Below the pieces are notes generated by a model. That model did not search any database and had not been told where the DNA came from. It saw only the letters and a program-made list of their open reading frames with translations. Positions 34,381-42,672 of a stretch of DNA of 64,000 bases are shown piece after piece. Within the stretch, counting starts at the first letter, position 1. Every line of letters begins with the position of its first letter. The position numbers were made by a program, and so were the translations under genes. The DNA comes from Syntrophales bacterium (lineage in GTDB: Bacteria > Desulfobacterota > Syntrophia > Syntrophales > PHBD01), in assembly GCA_035363115.1 (NCBI GenBank), contig DAOSEM010000003.1, forward strand, positions 125,317-189,316, in the 5' to 3' direction.

Positions 34381-34929
34381 CTACTCCGCCTGCCTTTTTT
34401 CACGGAGGATTTCCCTCTCGCGCTCGAATACGAACCGGACGATCTCGTCGCGGATCTGGTCGTCCATTTTTACGAAGGATGTGGCTATAATATGCCCGCT
34501 GGTCTGCCGGTCCACCTTGATGACCTCCCCGTAGGCAAAGAGGGCCGCCGGCTGGTTTACGGTGAGGATCATCTTGATCTCCACCATGTCCCCCGGTTCG
34601 AACGGCTCCGCCGAGGAGAAGCTCATGCCGCTTCCGCTGATCTGGACCGCCTTGGATTGGAGGGACTGAAAGCCCTCGGCGTGGATCGTCAGCAGCCGTA
34701 CAATGCCGTCCAGCTTGTTGTTGAGCATCTTCAGCCATTCATAAAGGATACGGTCTCCGATTTCGGGGACGGGAACGTTCGATCCCGTGAGCAGGGAATC
34801 CCCTGCCATACGGCAGCGCACGATGGGACGCTCCTCCGGCAGGATCTTGCGGAAAGACATGGGGATATACGCATACACTCTCGAGAATTCCCTGCGGTTT
34901 GCCGATGTTTCCTTTTCCATGGGTGTCAT
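34381..34929 (-). CDS. PilZ-domain protein (YcgR-like candidate flagellar brake)
   Basis: Start placed at ATG 34929 (AAGGA RBS), giving 182 aa. RxxxR is present as 'RREFSR' and a DxSxxG-like motif as 'QISGSGMSF'. It is the first gene of the motAB operon. Confidence 0.75.
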   Translation of the reverse strand: MTPMEKETSANRREFSRVYAYIPMSFRKILPEERPIVRCRMAGDSLLTGSNVPVPEIGDRILYEWLKMLNNKLDGIVRLLTIHAEGFQSLQSKAVQISGSGMSFSSAEPFEPGDMVEIKMILTVNQPAALFAYGEVIKVDRQTSGHIIATSFVKMDDQIRDEIVRFVFEREREILREKRQAE

Positions 34930-34993
34930 CTCATCCTTTTGTATTCCGTGTTCGTGTGTGGCTCGAACCGACATCGCTTCGACCCGGTTTTAA

Positions 34994-35009
34994 TGCAAAG
35001 GAAATGCCA
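34994..35009 (-). promoter_or_regulatory. sigma54 promoter for pilZ-motA-motB
   Basis: The minus strand reads TGGCAT-TTCCT-TTGCA, ~65 nt upstream of ATG 34929. Confidence 0.75.
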
Positions 35010-35045
35010 GGAGGACGGCCAGGGTGCAGTCCTCTCATGATGGAA

Positions 35046-35061
35046 TGGTATGCAACTTGCT
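35046..35061 (+). promoter_or_regulatory. sigma54 promoter for the TPR - FlrB-like - FlrC-like operon
   Basis: TGGTAT-GCAAC-TTGCT. It overlaps the ORF-track start at 35050, which is therefore unlikely to be the real start. Confidence 0.72.
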
Positions 35062-35190
35062 TTTCCAGGGTCGGGATCCTTGCGGATCTTCATCTTGTCT
35101 GCATTCAACCACCCGTCTCCGCAGGCCGGGGACGGATCTTCACGGGAGGGAAAGGTGTCGTTCAGTCTGTTCGGACGAGGGTTCCGGGTG

Positions 35191-37509
35191 ATGGGCAGCT
35201 ATGCCGGGACGATCCGGAACCAAGGGACCCGGATTGCCGGGGCCCTGAAGAGGGCCTTCCAGGGTTCGCGGGTCAAAAGGATGTCGATGATCCTCTCTCT
35301 GGGCGTCATCGTCCTGGCATCGGCCTCCGCCGCCGTCTGGCATTTTGCCATGGGCGGTCCGGCGGACGTTGCCGTCCCCGCTGTGGTCAGCCGGGCCGAC
35401 TCTACGGCGGCTCCCGCTGCTCCTTCCGTGGCCCCCCCCGCTCCCGCTTCGGAGTCAGAAAAGGCAACGCGTCAAGAGATTGACAAGATGGAGAATGCCT
35501 CCGGCGGGGCGGAACGCGGAGTCGCTGCGTCGACGCCGGCGGCCTCCGGAGGCTCAACACCGTCCGCCGTATCCGTCCATCCCCTCGTTCAGCCCGCCCG
35601 GGCGGAGTATGACGGCGGCCGCTATGAACGGGCCGCCGGAATGCTGTCGGAGCTGCTGCGTCAAAATAATGTCGACGCAACGGCGCAGGAGCAGGCGAAG
35701 CGCCTCCTGGCGGACTGCTCCTTTCATCTGGCGGAAGGAAACAACAAAAAACTGCTGGAGACGGTCGAAGACTACAAGCGGATCCTGGAGGGGCATCCGG
35801 ATCCCGTCGCCGGAAACGACCGGGCCTATTTCAACCTGGCCCAAGCCTATGAGAAGCTGAAATTCTACTACGAGGCCGCGGCGGCAATGGAAAAGCTGCT
35901 GATTCGCTATCCCGATTCCCCTCTGGCCGCGGATGCCCCCCTGTTCATCGGCGAAATGAACATGAAGACGGGGAAACTGGACCTGGCGGCCGCGCGCCTG
36001 GAAGACTTCCTGGCCCGCCGTCCGGATCATCCGAAGGCCCGGGAGGCGATCCTGCATCTGGTTGGAATCCACCTTTCCGGGGGGCGGATCGATTCGGCCC
36101 TGAAAAGTGCGCAGGCCGCCCTGGCCCGGTGGCCGGACCTGTCGGCCCTGCCCGCGGACGCCCTGCTGAACCTGGGCCTGGCCCACTACTGGTCGAATCA
36201 GCATGCCGAGGCCATCCGGATCCTCTCCCTTGCAGCCAGCCTCCATCCGGCAGGCGAGAAAACAGCGGTCACGCTTTATGTCCTGGGATGTACGCTCTAC
36301 AACGCGGACAGGCCGGCCGCCGCCATGGCGGTGTTCAGCCGGGTCAAGGAGATGAAGCCCGATTCCTGGGAGGGTGTGGAAAGCACGCTCGCCGCGGCGA
36401 ATATCGGGCTGGCCAGGCCGGACCTGAAGGTCCCGTTCTTCCTGGCCCTGGCCCCGGCATTCCGGGATCCCCTGGAGACGTACAACCAGATCCTGAAGGC
36501 GACCACAAATCACGGCCTCATCGAGCGGGTCCGGTTTCAGAGAGCCTACGGCCTGTGGCGGAAAGGGCGTCACCGGGAAGCCTACCGCGAGTTTCAGCAT
36601 GTGGTGGCGACCTATCCTCTCGGGGCGTTTGCCGCCTCCAGCCGCAACTGGATGATGGCCTCCGTGGAGAAGGTTCTGGATGAGTCTTTCCATGCGGGCG
36701 ATCACACCATGGCGGCCGCCCTGTATTTCCAGGTCCCCTTCCGGGACCTCCGGCAGGGTCTCAATTTCGATCGCCTCTACAGAATCGGCAAGAGCCTGGC
36801 CGCCGTTGGCCTTGACGCGGATGCGAAATCCCTGTGGATGGCCCTCCGCCGGCAGGCGCCGGACGAACGGGCCCGGGATCGGCTGGCGGTTTCCATCGCC
36901 AGGCTGAATCTCGAACGGCGGGATACAGCGGAGGCGACGCGCATCCTGCAGGAGATCCGGCAACCCGGGGACGCGGGCCTGCAGAAGGAGCTGGCCGCGC
37001 TCCGCGCGGGGGTTGACCGGATCGCCGGACGGAAGAGCGACGCGATCCTGCGGTATGGGGAGGCCCTGAACGTTCACGCCGACCAGGTGGAGGATCCTTT
37101 TCTGCACCGGGAGCTGGCCATGCTCCTGGAGGCGGAGGGGCGGATTCCCCAGGCGATCGACCAGTATCGGAAAGCGCTCCAGGGTTTTTCCGCCGACCCG
37201 GAGCGGCAGGCGACCCTCCTGGCTGACGGACGCCTCCGGCTGGCGGACTCCTATCTGAAAGAGGGTGCAGCCGAGGAGGGGATGAAGCTCCTGGCGGAGG
37301 TCTCGAACACGGCCCCGGATGCGTCACTTCGCCGGTGGTCCTGGTACCGCATGGGTCGGACTTTGGAGAAGCAGGGCAACCTGGCCGGGGCGGACAAGGC
37401 GTTTGCCCAGGTGAAAGGCGCGGGAGAGGATGAATTCTGGGGGAAAGTGGCCGACTTTTCGAAGGAGGATGCGCATTGGTCGAGAAAATTCAGGGACGTC
37501 ATCCGCTGA
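35191..37509 (+). CDS. membrane-anchored TPR-repeat protein
   Basis: N-terminal basic segment and TM 'MILSLGVIVLASASAAVW', an Ala/Pro-rich linker, then many TPR-like repeats ('AYFNLAQAYEKLKFYYEAAAAMEKLL'). Start is ambiguous: GTG 35155, ATG 35191 or ATG 35281. Confidence 0.75.
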   Translation: MGSYAGTIRNQGTRIAGALKRAFQGSRVKRMSMILSLGVIVLASASAAVWHFAMGGPADVAVPAVVSRADSTAAPAAPSVAPPAPASESEKATRQEIDKMENASGGAERGVAASTPAASGGSTPSAVSVHPLVQPARAEYDGGRYERAAGMLSELLRQNNVDATAQEQAKRLLADCSFHLAEGNNKKLLETVEDYKRILEGHPDPVAGNDRAYFNLAQAYEKLKFYYEAAAAMEKLLIRYPDSPLAADAPLFIGEMNMKTGKLDLAAARLEDFLARRPDHPKAREAILHLVGIHLSGGRIDSALKSAQAALARWPDLSALPADALLNLGLAHYWSNQHAEAIRILSLAASLHPAGEKTAVTLYVLGCTLYNADRPAAAMAVFSRVKEMKPDSWEGVESTLAAANIGLARPDLKVPFFLALAPAFRDPLETYNQILKATTNHGLIERVRFQRAYGLWRKGRHREAYREFQHVVATYPLGAFAASSRNWMMASVEKVLDESFHAGDHTMAAALYFQVPFRDLRQGLNFDRLYRIGKSLAAVGLDADAKSLWMALRRQAPDERARDRLAVSIARLNLERRDTAEATRILQEIRQPGDAGLQKELAALRAGVDRIAGRKSDAILRYGEALNVHADQVEDPFLHRELAMLLEAEGRIPQAIDQYRKALQGFSADPERQATLLADGRLRLADSYLKEGAAEEGMKLLAEVSNTAPDASLRRWSWYRMGRTLEKQGNLAGADKAFAQVKGAGEDEFWGKVADFSKEDAHWSRKFRDVIR

Positions 37510-38297
37510 GCGGACCGGGAACGCCGGATGATCAGCCCGTGCGCCGCTCCCGGGAAGAGGATGAGGCCCTCTGGCGCCGGGAGACCCTCGCGGCGCTCGG
37601 GGGGATGGCGGAGGAGGTGGCTCACCAGATCCGGAACCCCCTGGGCTCGATCGAACTGACGACGGCCCTCCTGCTCCGGGACATCGAGGACGAGAAGGTC
37701 CGGCTCCGGCTGAAGCGCATCCTGTCCTGCGTGCGCGAGATCGAGGGAAGAATCTCCAGCCTGCTGTCGGCGAGCTGGATCTACGGATTCAGCCTCCGCC
37801 CGGTCCGCATCCACGAGGTCCTGGGGGAGATCTTCCAGTCCTCCGAGACGTTCATGGATGGTGACGAGACGTTTCTTGAAATCCGCTACGGCGCGGGAGA
37901 TCCCCTGATCCGGGGAGACCGCCCGATGCTGAAGCATCTGCTTGTTCAGATGGTTCTGAAGGCGCTCACGGCTTCGACCGCGGGCGGCCGCCTGGTCATC
38001 GAGACCTCTTGCCCTGTGGCGCTCTCCCGGGACGGGGAGGCCGCCTGGGCGGCCATCCGTTTCCGCCTCTTCGGGATGGGCGGGGGGAGCCCCTCCCATG
38101 CCGGAATCCGGGCGGTCTTCGGGGCGAAAAGCAGCGAACAGGGGATTTTCATGGCCGTGATCCGGAACATCGTTGAGGCCCATCGGGGAATCATCCGCTT
38201 TGTCGAGGACGAAGCCTCGGGCCTCTCCATGGTTCTTTATCTACCCTGCATCCAGGAGGCGGCCGGTTCCGGCGGCAACGAATCGGCGTCCCGGTGA
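37476..38297 (+). CDS. small sensor-less FlrB/FleS-like histidine kinase with degenerate ATP-binding boxes
   Basis: TTG start 7 nt after AAGGAGG, overlapping the TPR gene end. H-box 'EEVAHQIRNPLGSIE'. The CA-domain region 'LVQMVLKALTAS...RLFGMGGG...EQGIFMA' lacks the usual Asn, DxGxG and GxGxG residues. Confidence 0.8.
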   Translation: MVEKIQGRHPLSGPGTPDDQPVRRSREEDEALWRRETLAALGGMAEEVAHQIRNPLGSIELTTALLLRDIEDEKVRLRLKRILSCVREIEGRISSLLSASWIYGFSLRPVRIHEVLGEIFQSSETFMDGDETFLEIRYGAGDPLIRGDRPMLKHLLVQMVLKALTASTAGGRLVIETSCPVALSRDGEAAWAAIRFRLFGMGGGSPSHAGIRAVFGAKSSEQGIFMAVIRNIVEAHRGIIRFVEDEASGLSMVLYLPCIQEAAGSGGNESASR

Positions 38298-38329
38298 AGC
38301 GGGGAAATGCAGTGACATGAGGAAAAGGA

Positions 38330-39721
38330 ATGGAAGCAACGCACGTGCTGGTCGTCGATGACGATTCCTCCATGCGGGATGCCCTGTCGGAATCCCTTGA
38401 GATATGCGGCTTTGCGGTGGATACGGCGGAGGACGGAGCCGTCGCCCTGAAAATGTTCGCCGAGGGAAAATACGACGTCGTCGTGACGGACATGAGAATG
38501 CCCCGGGTCGGGGGGATGGACGTCCTGAGGGAGATCAAGAGGCAGTCCCCCGGCACGCCGGTGATCCTCGCCACGGCTTACGGAACCGTGAACACCGCCG
38601 TCGAGGCGATGAAGGAAGGCGCCTCGGAGTTCATCATGAAGCCGTTCACCCTGGACGACCTGGAATTCATCATCCGCAACGTCCTTGCTTCCCATGAAGC
38701 GCCCGAAAAAGCGGAAACCGGTCCCGCCCCCGGCCCCGCCGGCCAGGCCGGCATCATCACGGCGGACCCCGCCATCCTGGAGATGCTCCATCTGCTCAAG
38801 CGCGTCGCCGACAGCCGCTCCACCGTCCTGATCCAGGGGGAGAGCGGCACGGGCAAGGAGCTCTTCGCCCGCTATGTCTACCTGAACAGCGGCCGCAGCG
38901 GGAAGCCCTTCGTGGCCGTCAACTGCGCCGCCATTCCGCAGCAGCTCCTGGAAAGCGAGATGTTCGGGTATGAAAAGGGGGCCTTCACGGGAGCCGTCCA
39001 GCGGAAAATCGGAAAATTCGAGTTGGCCCACGGCGGCACCCTCCTCCTGGACGAGATCGGGGAGATGGACGTCAACCTGCAGGCCAAACTGCTCCGGGTC
39101 ATCCAGGAATCGCAGGTGGACCGCGTCGGCGGCCGGGAGCCCGTTCCCGTCGACGTCCGCATCATCGTCACCACAAACGTGGACCTGAAAAAGGCGGCGG
39201 AGGAGTCAAAATTCCGTCGGGATCTATACTGGAGGCTCAGCGTCATCCCCGTCAAAATTCCCGCACTCCGGGAGCGCAAGGATGACGTTCCTCTCCTGGC
39301 CTCCCACTTCCTCCGGAAATACAGCCAGGCGAACGGAAGGTCCGTGCCGTCCCTGAGCAGGGAGTCCCTGGACCTCCTGCTGCGGTACGACTGGCCGGGG
39401 AACGTGCGGGAGCTGGAAAACGTCATGGAGAGGGCCGTTCTCCTCTGCGAGGACGGGGTTGTCCGTCCGGAACACCTTCACCTGGAAGGGTTCCGGGACG
39501 AGCGGCCGCCGTCTCCTCCGCCCTCTGTTGCCGCGGAGTCCCCGGAAGAGGCCCAGGCAACCCCGGCCATGACGCTCCGGGATGCGGAGAAGGCCTTGAT
39601 ATTCAAGACGTTGAAAGAAGTAAACGGAAACCGGACTGCCGCCTCGAAGATCCTGGGAATCAGTGTTCGCACCATGAGGAACAAGCTTCACGAATATGAA
39701 GAGGAAGATCGCCGATCCTGA
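38330..39721 (+). CDS. sigma54-dependent response regulator (FlrC/FleR-like flagellar activator)
   Basis: 463 aa. REC 'VLVVDDDSSMR...VVVTDMRMP', AAA+ 'GESGTGKE' and 'GAFTGA', HTH 'NRTAASKILGISVRTM'. Confidence 0.93.
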   Translation: MEATHVLVVDDDSSMRDALSESLEICGFAVDTAEDGAVALKMFAEGKYDVVVTDMRMPRVGGMDVLREIKRQSPGTPVILATAYGTVNTAVEAMKEGASEFIMKPFTLDDLEFIIRNVLASHEAPEKAETGPAPGPAGQAGIITADPAILEMLHLLKRVADSRSTVLIQGESGTGKELFARYVYLNSGRSGKPFVAVNCAAIPQQLLESEMFGYEKGAFTGAVQRKIGKFELAHGGTLLLDEIGEMDVNLQAKLLRVIQESQVDRVGGREPVPVDVRIIVTTNVDLKKAAEESKFRRDLYWRLSVIPVKIPALRERKDDVPLLASHFLRKYSQANGRSVPSLSRESLDLLLRYDWPGNVRELENVMERAVLLCEDGVVRPEHLHLEGFRDERPPSPPPSVAAESPEEAQATPAMTLRDAEKALIFKTLKEVNGNRTAASKILGISVRTMRNKLHEYEEEDRRS

Positions 39722-39744
39722 CCATGCTGAAAAAAGCAGGAGCG

Positions 39745-39760
39745 TGGTACGGGGTTTGCA
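39745..39760 (+). promoter_or_regulatory. sigma54 promoter for the flgB-flgC-fliE-fliFGHIJ-motE-like operon
   Basis: TGGTAC-GGGGT-TTGCA, 24 nt after the activator stop and ~33 nt before the flgB ATG. Confidence 0.78.
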
Positions 39761-39792
39761 AGACTGTTCCCCAAACGGAGACAGGTGGAGAC

Positions 39793-40176
39793 ATGGACGC
39801 ACTTTTCGGTAAAACAATCGATATGCTATCGAAAATGCTGGATTATCGGTCAAAGCGCCACCAGCTTCTCACGTCCAACGTCGCCAATCTCGATACACCC
39901 GACTACCGGTCTTCGGACCTCGAATTCAACCGGGACCTCAGGCAGGCGATGCATTCCGGCGGGGCGATGCCGCTCACGAAGGACCATCCCCGGCACCTGG
40001 ACGGCCGGACAGGAGGAAAGGACGCCTCCTACTCGGTCCGCAGGGAAGAGGGCCGGGCAAGCCTTGACAGGGAAATGACCCGCCTGGCGGAAAACCAGCT
40101 TCAGTACAACATGACGGTCGAGATGCTGGCCCGCAAGTTCCGCGGGATCGGCAATGTCCTGAAGGAGACGAAGTAA
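39793..40176 (+). CDS. flgB: flagellar proximal rod protein FlgB
   Basis: Start re-placed to ATG 39793 (GGTGGAG RBS, downstream of the promoter). 'LLTSNVANLDTPDYR' and 'AENQLQYN'. Confidence 0.92.
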   Translation: MDALFGKTIDMLSKMLDYRSKRHQLLTSNVANLDTPDYRSSDLEFNRDLRQAMHSGGAMPLTKDHPRHLDGRTGGKDASYSVRREEGRASLDREMTRLAENQLQYNMTVEMLARKFRGIGNVLKETK

Positions 40177-40177
40177 G

Positions 40178-40603
40178 ATGGATTTCATGACATCATTTAA
40201 AATCTGCGGAGACGCGCTGGCGACACAGCGGGCGCGGATGGACGTCGTGGCCAGCAACCTGGCGAACGCCTCCACCACCAAGACGCCGGAGGGGGGGCCG
40301 TACCGCCGCAAGGTCGTGTCCATGTCATCCCAGGAGGTTGGGGGGAGCTTCGAAGACGCGCTGAAAGACTCGGTGCGATCCGTCAAGATCGATGGCATCC
40401 GGGAGGATGCGCAGGGATTCCGCAAGGTCTACGATCCCGCTCATCCCGATGCGGACGACAAGGGGGTCGTGACGATGTCGAATGTGCAACCCATCGTCGA
40501 GATGGCGGAACTGATCGCGGTGAACCGGTCTTTCGAGGCCACCGTCACCGCTTTTGACGCCGCCAAAAACATGGCCCTGAAGACCCTGGAGATCGGAAAA
40601 TAA
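40178..40603 (+). CDS. flgC: flagellar proximal rod protein FlgC
   Basis: 141 aa. 'RMDVVASNLANASTTKTPEGGPYRRK' and 'SNVQPIVEMAELIAVNRSFEA'. Confidence 0.95.
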   Translation: MDFMTSFKICGDALATQRARMDVVASNLANASTTKTPEGGPYRRKVVSMSSQEVGGSFEDALKDSVRSVKIDGIREDAQGFRKVYDPAHPDADDKGVVTMSNVQPIVEMAELIAVNRSFEATVTAFDAAKNMALKTLEIGK

Positions 40604-40669
40604 TGCCGGGCCTCCATCGTGGGGCCGGACGGAAGCGGCCCGGGGAACCGGGCAGGAGGAGAGACGGTC

Positions 40670-40963
40670 ATGAGTGACATGCGAATCACCGGCGGGGCGG
40701 GCATTTCCCCGGCAGGGGCGGGAAAAAGCCAGGGGGCGGCAGGCAAGGGCTTCGGAGATGCCCTGAAGAAGGCCGTACAGGAAATCGATTCGCTCCAGAG
40801 GCAGGCCGACCAGGAGATCAACCGTGTCCAGCTTCAGGACAGCGGCAGCATCCATGCCACCATGATCGCCATGGAGAAGGCGGATCTCTCGCTCAGGACC
40901 ATGATCCAGGTACGCAACAAGGTCCTGGATGCCTACCAGGAAATCATGCGCATGACGGTGTAG
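40670..40963 (+). CDS. fliE: flagellar hook-basal body protein FliE
   Basis: 97 aa from ATG 40670 (GGAGGAGAG RBS). 'FGDALKKAVQEIDSLQRQAD' and 'MIAMEKADLSLRTMIQVRNKVLDAYQEIMRM'. Confidence 0.9.
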   Translation: MSDMRITGGAGISPAGAGKSQGAAGKGFGDALKKAVQEIDSLQRQADQEINRVQLQDSGSIHATMIAMEKADLSLRTMIQVRNKVLDAYQEIMRMTV

Positions 40964-41043
40964 GCGGCCGTCACTTCAAGAGAAGAATGCCATTGCTCCG
41001 GCAGGGAGACGCCTGCCGCTGACAAAGGGGGAAACAAGGATCC

Positions 41044-42633
41044 ATGCAGCCTTTTTCAGCCATTATCGCCTCCCTTCGACAGACCCTGACGGCCCTCCCG
41101 CCGGGACGGCGGCTGGCCCTTCTTGCGACGGGGCTCGCCTCCATCGCCCTCGTCTTCGGACTCGTCTACTGGTCGAACCAGGTGGACTACGGCGTTCTCT
41201 ATTCGGGTCTCTCCAGCGAGGATGCGGGGGCGGTGGTACAGCGCCTCCAGGAAAAGAAGATTCCCTACAAGCTCTCCCCGTCCGGGGAAACCGTGTCGGC
41301 GCCTGCCGACCGCATCCCGGAGTTGAGGATGGAGCTTGCCTCCGCCGGTCTGCCCCGGGGAGGGCACGTGGGGTATGAAATCTTCGATCAGAAATCCCTG
41401 GGGGCGACGGAGTTCGAGCAGCAGTTGAATTATCGCCGGGCCATGCAGGGGGAGCTGGCGAGGACGATCAACAGCCTCGACGAGATCCAGCAGAGCCGCG
41501 TCCATATCGCCATTCCCAAGGATTCCCTCTTCATCGACCAGCAGAAGAGACCCACGGCCTCGGTGACCCTGAAGCTGAAGTCGGGGCGTTCGCTCCGGCA
41601 GAACCAGGTGGACGGAGTGGCCTACCTGGTCGCAAGCAGCGTCGAGGGAATGAGTCCCGACGACGTGCTCGTGGTCGACAGCAAGGGGAACATCCTGTCG
41701 CGGGCCCCGGGAGATACGCGGCTGGCCAAGCTGACGACCTCCCAGGTCGAGTACCAGCGAAACGTGGAGAAGGACATGGCCGGCCAGATCCAGAGCATGC
41801 TGGAAAACGTGGTGGGCAAGGGAAAGGCCGTCGTCCGCGTGTCGGCGGACCTGGATTTCCGCGTGACCGAGAAGACGGAGGAGACCTACGACCCGGATTC
41901 GGCGGTGGTCCGCAGCACCCAGAAGCAGTCTGAGCGGAGCACGGCCGGGGGCGGCGCGGGAAGCGCCACAGCCACCCCGGGAGGCGCCGCGACGGCGGGC
42001 TCCGGCTCGGAGAAGGAAAAAACCGACGAAACCGTCAACTATGAAATCAACCGCGTGGTGAACAAGACCGTCCTGCCGGCGGGGGAGATCCGGAAGCTCT
42101 CCATCGCCGTCGTGGTGGACGGCGTCTATACGAAGAACGACAAGGGGGAGGAGGCGTTCCAGGAGCGCCCCAAGAAGGACGTCGAGCAGTTGGAAGACCT
42201 GGTCCGCAAATCGGCGGGACTCAACACAACCCGGGGAGACCAGGTGACCGTCACGAGCATGCCCTTCAGCCGGGCCGAGGCGGACGGTCCCGGCACGTCG
42301 GCCCGATGGCAGGACAGCCTCACCCCGTTTCTGCCTTTTGTGCGCTACATCGTGATCCTCGCCGCGCTCGCCCTGGTGGTTCTTTTCATCGTCCGGCCCT
42401 TTCTCCGGGGCCTGCTGTCGGCGATGCCGCCGGCCGCCGTTGGTACGGAGGCCCCTTCTCTGTCCCTGCCCGGCGCTTCCCGGGAGATCCCCGGTGTGAG
42501 CAGGGAGGGCGCTGCATCGCTGCCACAGCCTAGACCGGACCTGACGTCGCTTTCCCATGATGCCATGGTGCAGCAGCTCGCCGGGGCGGATGCCAAGAAG
42601 TTTGCCGAACTGCTCAGAAACTGGCTGAAATAA
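41044..42633 (+). CDS. fliF: flagellar MS-ring protein FliF
   Basis: 529 aa. 'LYSGLSSEDAGAVVQRLQEKKIPYKL' and 'YRRAMQGELARTINSLDEIQQSRVHIAIP'. Confidence 0.95.
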   Translation: MQPFSAIIASLRQTLTALPPGRRLALLATGLASIALVFGLVYWSNQVDYGVLYSGLSSEDAGAVVQRLQEKKIPYKLSPSGETVSAPADRIPELRMELASAGLPRGGHVGYEIFDQKSLGATEFEQQLNYRRAMQGELARTINSLDEIQQSRVHIAIPKDSLFIDQQKRPTASVTLKLKSGRSLRQNQVDGVAYLVASSVEGMSPDDVLVVDSKGNILSRAPGDTRLAKLTTSQVEYQRNVEKDMAGQIQSMLENVVGKGKAVVRVSADLDFRVTEKTEETYDPDSAVVRSTQKQSERSTAGGGAGSATATPGGAATAGSGSEKEKTDETVNYEINRVVNKTVLPAGEIRKLSIAVVVDGVYTKNDKGEEAFQERPKKDVEQLEDLVRKSAGLNTTRGDQVTVTSMPFSRAEADGPGTSARWQDSLTPFLPFVRYIVILAALALVVLFIVRPFLRGLLSAMPPAAVGTEAPSLSLPGASREIPGVSREGAASLPQPRPDLTSLSHDAMVQQLAGADAKKFAELLRNWLK

Positions 42634-42672
42634 AGAAGGAAGCGGACGCTTCATGAGGGAAGGAACAAAATC

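Noticed and set aside
35050-35190. ORF-track start codon at 35050 for the TPR protein (and 46914 for fliK, 39724 for flgB, 50705 for motA)
   Set aside because: These starts lie within or upstream of the sigma54 promoter elements I identified. Downstream in-frame starts with an RBS were chosen instead.
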